Shown: piece after piece, positions 10,716-20,160 of the stretch | How positions within the stretch are numbered: the stretch's first letter is position 1 | Layout: every line of letters begins with the position of its first letter | NCBI GenBank assembly: GCA_003215055.1 | Contig: QCKW01000004.1 | Coordinates: 990 to 64,989, forward strand | DNA length: 64,000 nt | Source: Pelagibacteraceae bacterium AG-410-N23 | GTDB lineage: Bacteria; Pseudomonadota; Alphaproteobacteria; Pelagibacterales; Pelagibacteraceae | Direction of reading: 5' to 3' | The notes under the pieces: generated by a model | The model's input: the letters and a program-made list of their open reading frames with translations, nothing else | Databases searched by the model: none | Told to the model about the DNA's origin: nothing | Made by a program: the position numbers and the translations under genes

Positions 10716-11702
10716 TTATGATATAGTTAAAAGATTAAGCATCTTTCTTAGGAATTTTGCTTTATTTTTAAAAACTTGTTTTTGATATGGAAGAATTTTT
10801 TCAATATTTAATCCTGTCATCACATATTGTTTTTTTTCATTAGGTTTTAAGTATCCTTGATCTACTAAATATTTACATTTTCTAATCACTGTTGCTCTTG
10901 GAATATTAGTCATATCAGATAAAGACATCGCACTTACACCAGTTGTTTTTTCATTTTCTTGGTCGGTAACAATACCTTTATTAAATGTCATATAGTCTGG
11001 TGTTATAGAATACACGTTTGAGTCATTAATATTTTTTTTATAATTAAAAGCTTGATTCATAGCTACAGTTCCCCAAATATGGAATGTTGCTACATCTTCA
11101 AACATTTCATGGTAACCAATAATCATTGGAATTTGCATTCTATAAAACCATCTCCAACAAATACTGAAGTTTTTATTAATTGTATTTTCAATAAGTTTTG
11201 GATCAAGTTTTTTTGTATAAATTCCATCTTTATTAAAAATTTCAGATATAAGGTAAATATATTTAGCAGTTGTTTTTACTTGTCTTTCAGGTCTTACCTG
11301 AGAAAATACAGAACGATCAATTATTATTTGTTTTTTAATTCTTTTTAAAGCACCTATTTTATCAAGCTCTAAAACTTTTCTCCTTACAGTTTCTTTAGGC
11401 AATTTTAGTTTTTCACAAAGTTCTGTGATACTAAATTTTTCTATTTGGAGATTTTGTTTTGAGTAAAATTGATCAAACGAATATTTGATATTCATTTGAT
11501 CATAAAATTGTAAAGTTTTTTCTATTAATGAAATTACAATCAAATATTTATAATGGTCATTAAAAGCTTTATACACATTATTCATCCATGACCATTGATG
11601 AACAATCCAATCTCTTCCTAATTTATCATAGCTTGCCATCATATGATCATAAACCTGATCATCATTTAGAACTTTTGAAAAATCTACTTGTTTTAACTTC
11701 AT
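10716..11702 (-). CDS. Hypothetical protein with two winged-HTH-like repeats
   Basis: SITELCEKLKLPKETVRRKVLELDKIGAL and SAMSLSDMTNIPRATVIRKCKYLVDQGYL. Confidence 0.7.
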   Translation of the reverse strand: MKLKQVDFSKVLNDDQVYDHMMASYDKLGRDWIVHQWSWMNNVYKAFNDHYKYLIVISLIEKTLQFYDQMNIKYSFDQFYSKQNLQIEKFSITELCEKLKLPKETVRRKVLELDKIGALKRIKKQIIIDRSVFSQVRPERQVKTTAKYIYLISEIFNKDGIYTKKLDPKLIENTINKNFSICWRWFYRMQIPMIIGYHEMFEDVATFHIWGTVAMNQAFNYKKNINDSNVYSITPDYMTFNKGIVTDQENEKTTGVSAMSLSDMTNIPRATVIRKCKYLVDQGYLKPNEKKQYVMTGLNIEKILPYQKQVFKNKAKFLRKMLNLLTIS

Positions 11703-11812
11703 ATTTTAAAAATCGAATAAGAAACCCAAAATGAACATGTGTCAACTAAATTGTGACCCAGTTTGAACTCCTATTATTTGAGACAGTATGAAATTCATGA
11801 TTAAATCAATTC

Positions 11813-12049
11813 ATGAATAATAAAGGCTTTGCAGACAATCAAACAAACATCGAGACCCCAAATGATGTAGGTATGACTGAAAAGCCTTTAAAATCAAAGA
11901 TTAATGAAAAAATAAAAGAACGAGTAGACATAAATGTTCTTAAGTCGAAGCTTAAAGAAACTGAGAGCAAAGAGTTCAAAAAAAATTTATATATATTATC
12001 TTCTTTAATTTTGATTTTAGGGTTTTTAGGTATTTATTTGTCTTTGTAA
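11813..12049 (+). CDS. Small C-terminally anchored membrane protein
   Basis: 78 aa; DINVLKSKLK segment followed by terminal hydrophobic helix. Confidence 0.65.
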   Translation: MNNKGFADNQTNIETPNDVGMTEKPLKSKINEKIKERVDINVLKSKLKETESKEFKKNLYILSSLILILGFLGIYLSL

Positions 12050-12084
12050 TTGCAAATGTAAATAAGGTATAGTTTAATAAGTCT

Positions 12085-12285
12085 GTGAAAAATTTTGATC
12101 CAATTAAAGAAAAACTCATAGCTAAATATCTTACAAAAGATAAAGTAAAAGAAGTTAAAAATCCTGACATCAATATTATGCTTAATAGAGTAAAAACAAA
12201 TCAAAAAAATGAAGTAAGAAAAAAACTTTATTTTTCAGCAGCAGCTTCTACTGGTTTGATTCTGTTTGGCATCATGATTTTTTAA
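12085..12285 (+). CDS. Small C-terminally anchored membrane protein, paralog of upstream gene
   Basis: 66 aa, GTG start; DINIMLNRVK segment followed by terminal hydrophobic helix. Confidence 0.65.
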   Translation: MKNFDPIKEKLIAKYLTKDKVKEVKNPDINIMLNRVKTNQKNEVRKKLYFSAAASTGLILFGIMIF

Positions 12286-12394
12286 TTAAACCTCCCAAAA
12301 TTGAACTTAAACTGAGTTAATTGCAAGTAATTAACAATTTTCAGACATAATATTATTATTTAAGTTTTGCTATTTTATTTTAACATAGAAAATC

Positions 12395-13285
12395 ATGAAA
12401 ATATTTGATTGCACAACTTTTTATAATGAAAAAATGATGATGGATGTGAGGTTTAATGTTTTAGACCAATATGTAAGTAAATTCATAGTTGTAGAGTCAA
12501 CTTTTTCACATAGTGGTAAAAAAAAGGAATTAAATTTTAACATCGATGATTATCCTAAATTTAAAGACAAAATAATTCACTTGGTCATTGAAGAAGAGCC
12601 GAAAAATATTGAAAAAATCACTGATAATAAAAATAGTAGTATAACTAAAAGAATGAATAGTTTGAAAAGAATTGAGCAGTCTTATAATTATATGAACAAT
12701 GGAATAACTCAGGCAGATGATAATGACTTAATTGTATTGAGTGATAATGATGAAATACCTAATTTTGATTCAAAATATTTTAAAGAAGTAAAGAATAATA
12801 TTTTTATTTTTAAACAACTCTTTTTTTACTATAAATTTAATTTATTTTATGATCGTATTCCTTGGTTTGGATCAAAAGCGTGTAAAAAAAAAAACCTGAA
12901 ATCATTTTCGTGGCTAAGAAATCTTAAAAATAAAAAATATCCAATTTGGAGAATTGATTCATATTTTTCAAATTTAAAACAAAGAAATGTCAGGATTGTT
13001 GAGGATGGAGGCTGGCATTTTACTAACCTAAAAACTCCCGAGGAAATTTTTATTAAACTTTCAAATTACGGTCATCATAATGAATTTGAAGATGCTGGAA
13101 TGACATTGGATGATATTAAAAAAAATATTAATAATAGAATTGTTGATTACGACCATACTTTAGATAAATCACAAACTAATAAGATAAATAATGGCTACAA
13201 ACTAAAGATTATAAATGATACAATATTACCGAAGTACCTAGTTAAAAATAAAGAATTATACAAAAAATGGTTTGAAAAAGATTAA
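12395..13285 (+). CDS. Glycosyltransferase family 17-like protein
   Basis: IFDCTTFYNE, VVESTFSHSGKKK, SDNDEIP, GGWHF motifs. Confidence 0.85.
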   Translation: MKIFDCTTFYNEKMMMDVRFNVLDQYVSKFIVVESTFSHSGKKKELNFNIDDYPKFKDKIIHLVIEEEPKNIEKITDNKNSSITKRMNSLKRIEQSYNYMNNGITQADDNDLIVLSDNDEIPNFDSKYFKEVKNNIFIFKQLFFYYKFNLFYDRIPWFGSKACKKKNLKSFSWLRNLKNKKYPIWRIDSYFSNLKQRNVRIVEDGGWHFTNLKTPEEIFIKLSNYGHHNEFEDAGMTLDDIKKNINNRIVDYDHTLDKSQTNKINNGYKLKIINDTILPKYLVKNKELYKKWFEKD

Positions 13286-13330
13286 CGTATGTTCTTGATA
13301 TAAACTAGTATACAAAATATATTTACAATT

Positions 13331-14683
13331 ATGTCAATACTATTCAGCAATCCACCATGGTGGGAAGGTAAAGAAAGCAGGGGTTTTCTCAGAAAAAAGA
13401 GATGGAGAAGAGGAGTTCGTGCAGGATCTAGATGGCCTTTCACATACTTAGGCAGATGTTCTCCTGACAATCCAAGAGCACACGACTATATACCATATCC
13501 ATTTTTTTTGGGTTATGCGACTACCTATGCTGCAAATAAAATTGGTGAAGATAAAGTTTTTTTTAGAGATAGCATTGCTTTATCAGAGTCCTATGAAAGT
13601 TTTTATAAGTATCTAGATGAAATAAAAAATAAAATTGAATATTTTTTGATCGAAAGTGCAACACCATCTTGGGATCACGACTATAAACTTATTAAAGAAA
13701 TTAAAAATAAATATCCTAAACTTAAAATAATTGTTTCTGGCCCAATATCAACATCAGACCAAAAATGGGATAGCAACATAATACATGCAGTTCTTAAAGG
13801 TGAATATGAAAAAAATATAATTAAAGTTATAAATGGAAAAGATGGGATTTACAATCATGATCTTTTAACAAAGGATGAAATGAACGAAGCTCCTTTTCCT
13901 TACTATGATAAAAATATATATGATAAGTATTTCGATGGAAATCCAATTCCTATGAATACCTTGTTTCCTCAAGCACACATTTGGAGTAGTAGAGGTTGTC
14001 CATTTAAATGTATTTTTTGTGTATGGCCTGCAGCAATGACGGGCAATGACCCTCACGGGGATGGTAAAAGATCAGTAAGACAATATACTCCTGAATATAT
14101 TGAAAGTTTTATAAAAGATTTAACTGGCAGATATAAATTTAATGCAATCTATTTTGATGATGATACTTTTAATATTGGTAACAGACATACAGAAAAAATG
14201 TCTGAAGTAATGTCCAAATTTGATATTCCCTGGTTCGCTATGTGTAGAGCGGATACTTCAAAAAAAGAAACTTGGAAAAAAATGGCAGATAGTGGATGCA
14301 AAGGAGTGAAGCTGGGTGTTGAATCTGGAAGTCAGGTTGTTGTAGATAAAATTGTAAATAAGCATCTCGATTTAAAATACGTGCAAGAAATTGTTTCTCA
14401 TATTAGATCTTTAGATATGTCTGTGCATGGAACGTTCACATATGGGTTGCCAGGTGAAACTAAAGAGGACATGATTAGAACTAAAAAATTTATAAAAGAT
14501 ACAGAATTTAGTACAATCCAGGAGTCTGGAACAGCAGAAATAGAAGGCACTCCTTTACATGCGCTTATTCACGAAGAGAAATTGACCACATATCCTGGGG
14601 CTATTGCCGATGCAAATTACGATAGACAAAAGGATGGTGGTAAAAAATGGCAAAGTTTAGTTAAAGAATTACAAAACAATTAA
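13331..14683 (+). CDS. Radical SAM protein with N-terminal B12-binding-like domain (HpnJ-like)
   Basis: SSRGCPFKCIFC (CxxxCxxC), FDDDTF, GVESGS, GLPGET; N-terminal NPP..RAGSRWP..YP. Confidence 0.85.
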   Translation: MSILFSNPPWWEGKESRGFLRKKRWRRGVRAGSRWPFTYLGRCSPDNPRAHDYIPYPFFLGYATTYAANKIGEDKVFFRDSIALSESYESFYKYLDEIKNKIEYFLIESATPSWDHDYKLIKEIKNKYPKLKIIVSGPISTSDQKWDSNIIHAVLKGEYEKNIIKVINGKDGIYNHDLLTKDEMNEAPFPYYDKNIYDKYFDGNPIPMNTLFPQAHIWSSRGCPFKCIFCVWPAAMTGNDPHGDGKRSVRQYTPEYIESFIKDLTGRYKFNAIYFDDDTFNIGNRHTEKMSEVMSKFDIPWFAMCRADTSKKETWKKMADSGCKGVKLGVESGSQVVVDKIVNKHLDLKYVQEIVSHIRSLDMSVHGTFTYGLPGETKEDMIRTKKFIKDTEFSTIQESGTAEIEGTPLHALIHEEKLTTYPGAIADANYDRQKDGGKKWQSLVKELQNN

Positions 14684-14688
14684 CAATA

Positions 14689-15534
14689 GTGGCTGAAAAA
14701 GTTTCATTTTATATTCCAGCATTTAATGCACAAAATACAATCGAGTTATCTATTAATTCTGTAAAAAATCAAACATATCCAGTTGATGAAATAATAATAA
14801 TTAATGACAACTCTACAGATAAAACTAAAGAAATAATTTCAAAACATAGTGATTTAAAAATTATTAATAATAAGAAAAATTTAGGCTTGGGTTATAATAG
14901 AAATTTGGGAATACAAAATAGCTCAAATGAAATAATCGCTTCAATAGACTCAGACGTTGAACTAGATAAGAAATGGCTTGAAAATATAATCATAAGTTTA
15001 AAAAAAAACAACATTGTAATGTGTGGTGGAAATATGATTGAAAAGTACACTAGCAATAAAATTAATGCATGGAGAGAAAAATATTATAATCAAAGTTGGG
15101 GTAATAGTGACATACTAAATCCATCTTTTCTGTATGGATGTAATACTATTTTATTAAAGAGTTATTGGGAAAAAACAAAAGGATACGATGAAAACTTAAA
15201 AACTAATGGTGAGGATATTGATTTTTGTAAACAAATAAAGTCAATAGATAACATCAATTTATATTATTCATCTAATTCATTATGTTATCATCTTCAGGAT
15301 GATAGTATTTTGTCATTGTCAAAAAGAGTTTGGAGATATCATTCATTTGGTTATAAAATAAAGGCTCCTTCAAAAAAAAAATTAATTAATTTGTCAATAA
15401 AACAATTCAGATTTTTTTTAATAAGATTTTTTATAGAATTATTAAAATTTGAAATAAAATATATAATAATATCTTTTATTGTATTAATAAATTTTATAAA
15501 ATTTGAATATATCTATTTAAAAAAAAATAAATGA
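14689..15534 (+). CDS. Glycosyltransferase family 2
   Basis: YIPAFN, INDNSTD, IDSD, GEDIDF. Confidence 0.9.
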   Translation: MAEKVSFYIPAFNAQNTIELSINSVKNQTYPVDEIIIINDNSTDKTKEIISKHSDLKIINNKKNLGLGYNRNLGIQNSSNEIIASIDSDVELDKKWLENIIISLKKNNIVMCGGNMIEKYTSNKINAWREKYYNQSWGNSDILNPSFLYGCNTILLKSYWEKTKGYDENLKTNGEDIDFCKQIKSIDNINLYYSSNSLCYHLQDDSILSLSKRVWRYHSFGYKIKAPSKKKLINLSIKQFRFFLIRFFIELLKFEIKYIIISFIVLINFIKFEYIYLKKNK

Positions 15535-16553
15535 AAATTTTAGTTACAGGTGGTTGTGGATTTGTTGGAACAAATTTGTGTTTAAGTTTAAAAAATAAAA
15601 GACATTCAGTTTTTAGCTTAGACAACCTTAGCAGAAAAGGATCGAATTATAATTTAAATTTGCTAAGAAAAAAAAAAATTAAAAACTATAAAATTGAAAT
15701 ATCTAATTTTAAAAAAATAAAGATTTTACCTAAATTTGATCTTATAATTGATTGTTGCGCTGAGGCAGCAGTTGAAATTTCAAAAAAATATACAGATAAA
15801 GTTTTTAACACAAATCTTGTTGGAACCTATAATATTTTAAAAAAAGCAAGAAGAGATAAATCAAAAATAATTTTTTTATCAAGTAGCAGAGTTTATCCAA
15901 TAGACATGCTTAATAAATTAGTAAGTAATAAAACAATTAAAAATAAAATTTATATAAAAAAAAAAATTAATGAAAACACCAATGTGATTGGTACAAAATC
16001 CATTTATGGATTTACAAAACTATCATCAGAAATGCTTATTGAGGAATTTTCTTATTTATATAAAATAAAATATATAATTAATAGATGTGGAGTTATTTCT
16101 GGACCACTGCAATTTGGTAAACAAGACCAGGGTTTTGTGAGCTTGTGGGTTTGGAAACATTTAAACAATTTAAAATTGAACTACATAGGTTATGGTGGAT
16201 ATGGTAATCAACTAAGGGACGTTCTTCATATTGACGATTTATGTAGATTAATAAATTTGCAAATTAAAAAACTTTCTAAGAATAATAACTTAACTTTTAC
16301 AGTTGGCGGATCAAATTATTCACAAGTGTCACTCAAAGAACTAACCAAAATTTGTCAGAAAATCACAAAAAATAAAATTAAAATTGGTAAAATAGCTAAG
16401 ACTTCAAATTATGACATCCCATATTATATTACAGATAACTCTAAAGTTTCTAGAATTTATGGTTGGCAGATTAAAAAAAATATACATCAAATTGTAGAAG
16501 ATATATATACCTGGTTATCAAAAAATAAAAAAATAATAAATAAATATTTCTAA
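15531..16553 (+). CDS. NAD-dependent nucleotide-sugar epimerase/dehydratase (CDP-paratose 2-epimerase-like)
   Basis: TGGCGFVG, DNLSRKGS, YGFTK, DQG, QLRDVLHIDDL. Confidence 0.85.
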   Translation: MKILVTGGCGFVGTNLCLSLKNKRHSVFSLDNLSRKGSNYNLNLLRKKKIKNYKIEISNFKKIKILPKFDLIIDCCAEAAVEISKKYTDKVFNTNLVGTYNILKKARRDKSKIIFLSSSRVYPIDMLNKLVSNKTIKNKIYIKKKINENTNVIGTKSIYGFTKLSSEMLIEEFSYLYKIKYIINRCGVISGPLQFGKQDQGFVSLWVWKHLNNLKLNYIGYGGYGNQLRDVLHIDDLCRLINLQIKKLSKNNNLTFTVGGSNYSQVSLKELTKICQKITKNKIKIGKIAKTSNYDIPYYITDNSKVSRIYGWQIKKNIHQIVEDIYTWLSKNKKIINKYF

Positions 16554-17602
16554 TGTCTTTAGCATTAATAACAGGATCAAGTGGATTGGTTGGTTCAGAA
16601 TCTGTAAACTTTTTTAGTGATAAAGGTTTTGACGTTATTGGTGTAGACAATAATCTTAGAAAATTTTTTTTTGGTGATGATGGCTCGACATTGTGGGTTA
16701 AAAAAAATCTTCAAAAAAGAAATAAAAAGTTTAGGCATTTAAATATTGATATAAGAAATTATGATGCTCTAGCAAATGTATTTAAAAAATATAAGAATAA
16801 AATTAAAGTCATAATTCATTGTGCTGCTCAACCATCTCATGACTATGGTAAAAAATTCCCATTTTTAGATTTTAATATAAATGCGACAGGAACACTAAAT
16901 CTCTTAGATTTAACGAAAAAATACTGCCCCAATACACCTTTTATATTTATGTCTACAAATAAAGTTTATGGTGATAGCCCAAACAAACTTAATGTTTACG
17001 AAAAAAAAAAAAGATGGGATTTAAAAAGTAAAGATAAAAACTTTAAAGGAATTAGTGAAAATTTTACTATCGACAATTCGACTCACAGTTTTTTTGGTGT
17101 TTCAAAGACATATGCAGATTTAATTGTTCAAGAATATGGTAAAAATGTTGGTTTAAAAACTGTTTGTTTTAGAGGGGGTTGTATTACTGGTCCAAATCAT
17201 AGTGGCGCCAAACTTCATGGATTTTTATCATATTTAGTAAAGTCAAGTATTATAAACAAAAAATATAATCTTATCGGTTATAAGGGAAAACAAGTAAGAG
17301 ATAATTTACATAGTCATGATCTAGTAAATTGTTTTTGGGAATTTTATAAAAAACCAAGATATGGTGAGGTTTATAATATAGGAGGTGGAAGATATTCAAA
17401 TTGCTCTATTATTGAAGCATTAGATTTAATTGAGTCATTATGTAACATCAATATAAAAAGGAAATTAATAAAAACACCAAGAGTTGGTGATCATATTTGG
17501 TATATTTCAAATTTAAACAAATTTAAAAAACATTATCCAAAATGGAAACAAAAATATAATACAAAAAAAATTATTGAAGAGTTAATAAATAATTATAAGT
17601 GA
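16553..17602 (+). CDS. NAD-dependent nucleotide-sugar epimerase/dehydratase
   Basis: TGSSGLVG, HCAAQPSHD, STNKVYGD, FGVSK, GKQVRDN. Confidence 0.85.
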   Translation: MSLALITGSSGLVGSESVNFFSDKGFDVIGVDNNLRKFFFGDDGSTLWVKKNLQKRNKKFRHLNIDIRNYDALANVFKKYKNKIKVIIHCAAQPSHDYGKKFPFLDFNINATGTLNLLDLTKKYCPNTPFIFMSTNKVYGDSPNKLNVYEKKKRWDLKSKDKNFKGISENFTIDNSTHSFFGVSKTYADLIVQEYGKNVGLKTVCFRGGCITGPNHSGAKLHGFLSYLVKSSIINKKYNLIGYKGKQVRDNLHSHDLVNCFWEFYKKPRYGEVYNIGGGRYSNCSIIEALDLIESLCNINIKRKLIKTPRVGDHIWYISNLNKFKKHYPKWKQKYNTKKIIEELINNYK

Positions 17603-17609
17603 AAATTAA

Positions 17610-17693
17610 TACAGTAAAAAAATTGATAATAATTTTTTACCAAAATATCTTAATGAGAATTTTGATAAATTCAATAAATGGTTTGATAGTTGA
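17610..17693 (+). pseudogene. 3'-terminal relic of a GT17-like gene
   Basis: Translates YSKKIDNNFLPKYLNENFDKFNKWFDS*, resembling the C-terminus of 12395-13285 (YKLKIINDTILPKYLVKNKELYKKWFEKD); no start codon. Confidence 0.7.
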
Positions 17694-18658
17694 TGATTAA
17701 TTGGGGAATTATAGGTTATGGCAGAATGGGAAAACAATTTTTACAATGTTTCAATAATTCTAAAAAAAATTGTAAAATTCTTGGAATAGCAAGTAAGTCT
17801 AATCCTAAACAAATTTTAAAAAATGATTTAATTATTTTTAGTTCTTATGAAGAATTAACTAACTCAAAAGAAATTGATGCTATTTATGTCTCAACAACTA
17901 ATCAATCTCATAAAGAGATTGTTTTAAAAGCAATAACTCAAAACAAAAAAATTCTATGTGAAAAACCTTTAGGAGTAAATTTTCAGGAAGTTTCTGAAGT
18001 TCATCAGGCACTTAAAAATAAAAAAGATAATTTTTTTGAGGCAATAGCATATAGATCTCACCCACAAACAAGTAAAATTTTGAGTCTTTTAAAAAATAAT
18101 CAATACGGAAAAGTAAAAAAGATTGTATCAAACTTTGGTTTTAGAGTTAAAAAGATAAAAAAAGACTCAAGATTATTTAGTAAATTTTTAGGAGGTGGTG
18201 CAATTTTAGACTTAGGATGTTATCCAATTAGTTTTTTCAATCTTTTTACTAATGATGATAATAAAATTAATTTTATTAAATCTAATTTTGAAACTTGTGA
18301 TACAGGAGTTGATATTGATAGTGAAATTTTTTTAAATATTGGAAAAAAAATTGAAGCCCATGCTCATGTAAGTTTGAAAAAAAACTTGAAAAATATTTGT
18401 CAAATTCATTTTGAAAAAGCAATAGTTACCATTCCATCTCCATGGATTCCATCTGAAAAAACATATTTAGAGATTGAGACAAAAAGTAGATATTTTAAGG
18501 ATTTTATTGTTTCAGATAGAGGAGTATATAATCACCAGTTAGATTTAGTTTCTAGCGTTTTCTTAAATCAAAATAATGATAAAAATTTTTTAGTTGATAT
18601 AAATGAGTCGCTAGAAATATCTAAAATTATAGATTTATGGTTAAAAAATAGTAATTAA
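17693..18658 (+). CDS. Gfo/Idh/MocA family oxidoreductase
   Basis: WGIIGYGRMG, CEKP, GGGAILDLGCY; ATG at 17693. Confidence 0.9.
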   Translation: MINWGIIGYGRMGKQFLQCFNNSKKNCKILGIASKSNPKQILKNDLIIFSSYEELTNSKEIDAIYVSTTNQSHKEIVLKAITQNKKILCEKPLGVNFQEVSEVHQALKNKKDNFFEAIAYRSHPQTSKILSLLKNNQYGKVKKIVSNFGFRVKKIKKDSRLFSKFLGGGAILDLGCYPISFFNLFTNDDNKINFIKSNFETCDTGVDIDSEIFLNIGKKIEAHAHVSLKKNLKNICQIHFEKAIVTIPSPWIPSEKTYLEIETKSRYFKDFIVSDRGVYNHQLDLVSSVFLNQNNDKNFLVDINESLEISKIIDLWLKNSN

Positions 18659-18957
18659 TGAATAAGATAATTTTAATACTTTTTATATTATTAGCTTCCT
18701 GCGCACCTAAGAAGAATTTTAGTCTAAATGATTTAGAAGAAATATATAATTTTAAAGCAAAATCTGTTGCATTTTATAAAAATAAAAAAAAAGAAAATGC
18801 TTATGAATTTTTAGTTTTTGATAATTCTTCTTCTTTAGCTAAACAAAAAGCACTTCAAAAATGTCAAAATTTTATTATTTCCAAAAAAAATGATAATTTA
18901 ATCTGTAAAATAAGATATATTAAAATTACTAAAAAAATAGAAACTTCTCTGAATTAA
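18658..18957 (+). CDS. Hypothetical lipoprotein
   Basis: Signal peptide with LLASC lipobox. Confidence 0.6.
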   Translation: MNKIILILFILLASCAPKKNFSLNDLEEIYNFKAKSVAFYKNKKKENAYEFLVFDNSSSLAKQKALQKCQNFIISKKNDNLICKIRYIKITKKIETSLN

Positions 18958-19032
18958 CACTTAAAAATTGTTTAGATATAAACTCTATATTGCATCAAAA
19001 TTAAAAACTATTATATATTAGCTTTATTTAAT

Positions 19033-19109
19033 GGCGGGGTAGCTCAGTTGGTTAGAGCGCGGGACTCATAAGCCCGAGGTCAGTGGTTCGATCCCACTTC
19101 CCGCTACCA
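19033..19109 (+). tRNA. tRNA with CAT anticodon, probably elongator tRNA-Met
   Basis: Cloverleaf GGCGGGGTAGCTCAG..CTCATAA..GGTTCGATCC..ACCA; lacks initiator C1:A72. Confidence 0.9.
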
Positions 19110-19114
19110 ACAAG

Positions 19115-20137
19115 CTATTTTTTTAAACCCAACCTATTTAGGATATCTTTTTTATTGAGCAACTTAAAATAGCCTAGATTTTCTAAGTACCACATAAAAG
19201 TTTTTATCAAACCAGTTTTCAAATTAGTTTTTGGTTTCCATTTTAATTCATGAATTAATTTATTACTATTTAGTGCATATCTTACATCATGACCTGGTCT
19301 ATCTTTTACAAATTCAATTTTGACATTTTTACCTAATTTTATTTTTGTTTTTCCAATTTGAATTAATTTTTTACATATTTCTAAATTGATTAAATTTTTA
19401 TTAGATCCAATATTATAAAAGTTATTAATTTTACCTTTTTGAAAAATCTTTATGAGTGCTTCACAATGATCTTCAACAAAAATCCATTCACGAGAATTTA
19501 AACCTTTACCATAAATAGGTAATTTTTTATTTGTAATAATATTATATATAAGTTTTGGTATCAATTTTTCAGGATGTTGCTTTGGACCATAATTATTTGA
19601 ACAGTTAGTCACAATAGCTTTAATCCCGTATGTTCTAACGTAAGATGAAACTAAATGATCTGATGATGCTTTTGAAGCTGCGTAAGGTGAACTTGGATTA
19701 TAGGGATAATTTTCTGCCGTTCGACCATTAAGAATATCACCATAAACCTCATCAGTAGAAATATGAACGAGTTTACACTTTTTATTTCTTTTTGAAAATT
19801 TTCTGAAAATTTCTAGAAGATTAAATACACCAACAATATTACTTTTAATAAATGAGTTTGGACTGTCAATTGATCTGTCAACATGCGTTTCTGCTGCTAG
19901 ATTAAATATTCCAATAGGATTTATTTTATTGATTATCTTTCCAAGCTTTGGACTGACAATATCACATTTGATAAAAGTATAATTTTTATTTCTTTTAAAT
20001 TCTTTAACATTATAAAAATTTGATGAGTAAGTAACTTTATCAATATTGGTAACTGAATATCCTTTTTTTAAAAGAAGCCCAATTAAATTACTCCCAATAA
20101 AACCCAGTCCACCAGTTACAATAATTTTTTTTTTCAT
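19115..20137 (-). CDS. rmlB: dTDP-glucose 4,6-dehydratase
   Basis: TGGLGFIGSN, AAETHVDRSI, STDEVYG, PSSPYAASK, DRPGHD. Confidence 0.95.
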   Translation of the reverse strand: MKKKIIVTGGLGFIGSNLIGLLLKKGYSVTNIDKVTYSSNFYNVKEFKRNKNYTFIKCDIVSPKLGKIINKINPIGIFNLAAETHVDRSIDSPNSFIKSNIVGVFNLLEIFRKFSKRNKKCKLVHISTDEVYGDILNGRTAENYPYNPSSPYAASKASSDHLVSSYVRTYGIKAIVTNCSNNYGPKQHPEKLIPKLIYNIITNKKLPIYGKGLNSREWIFVEDHCEALIKIFQKGKINNFYNIGSNKNLINLEICKKLIQIGKTKIKLGKNVKIEFVKDRPGHDVRYALNSNKLIHELKWKPKTNLKTGLIKTFMWYLENLGYFKLLNKKDILNRLGLKK

Positions 20138-20160
20138 TAATTAATATTTATCATATCAGT

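Noticed and set aside
12300-12340. CtrA-like TTAA repeats upstream of GT17
   Set aside because: Spacings are 6 and 10 nt rather than 7, and TTAA is very common at this AT content.
19058-19078. A:G mismatch at the base of the tRNA(CAT) anticodon loop suggesting a pseudo-tRNA
   Set aside because: The rest of the cloverleaf and CCA are intact, and such mismatches occur in functional bacterial tRNA-Met genes.
12395-19109. tRNA-anchored integrative element or prophage
   Set aside because: No integrase, no duplicated tRNA 3' end and no phage genes were seen; a recombination-swapped glycan block fits better.
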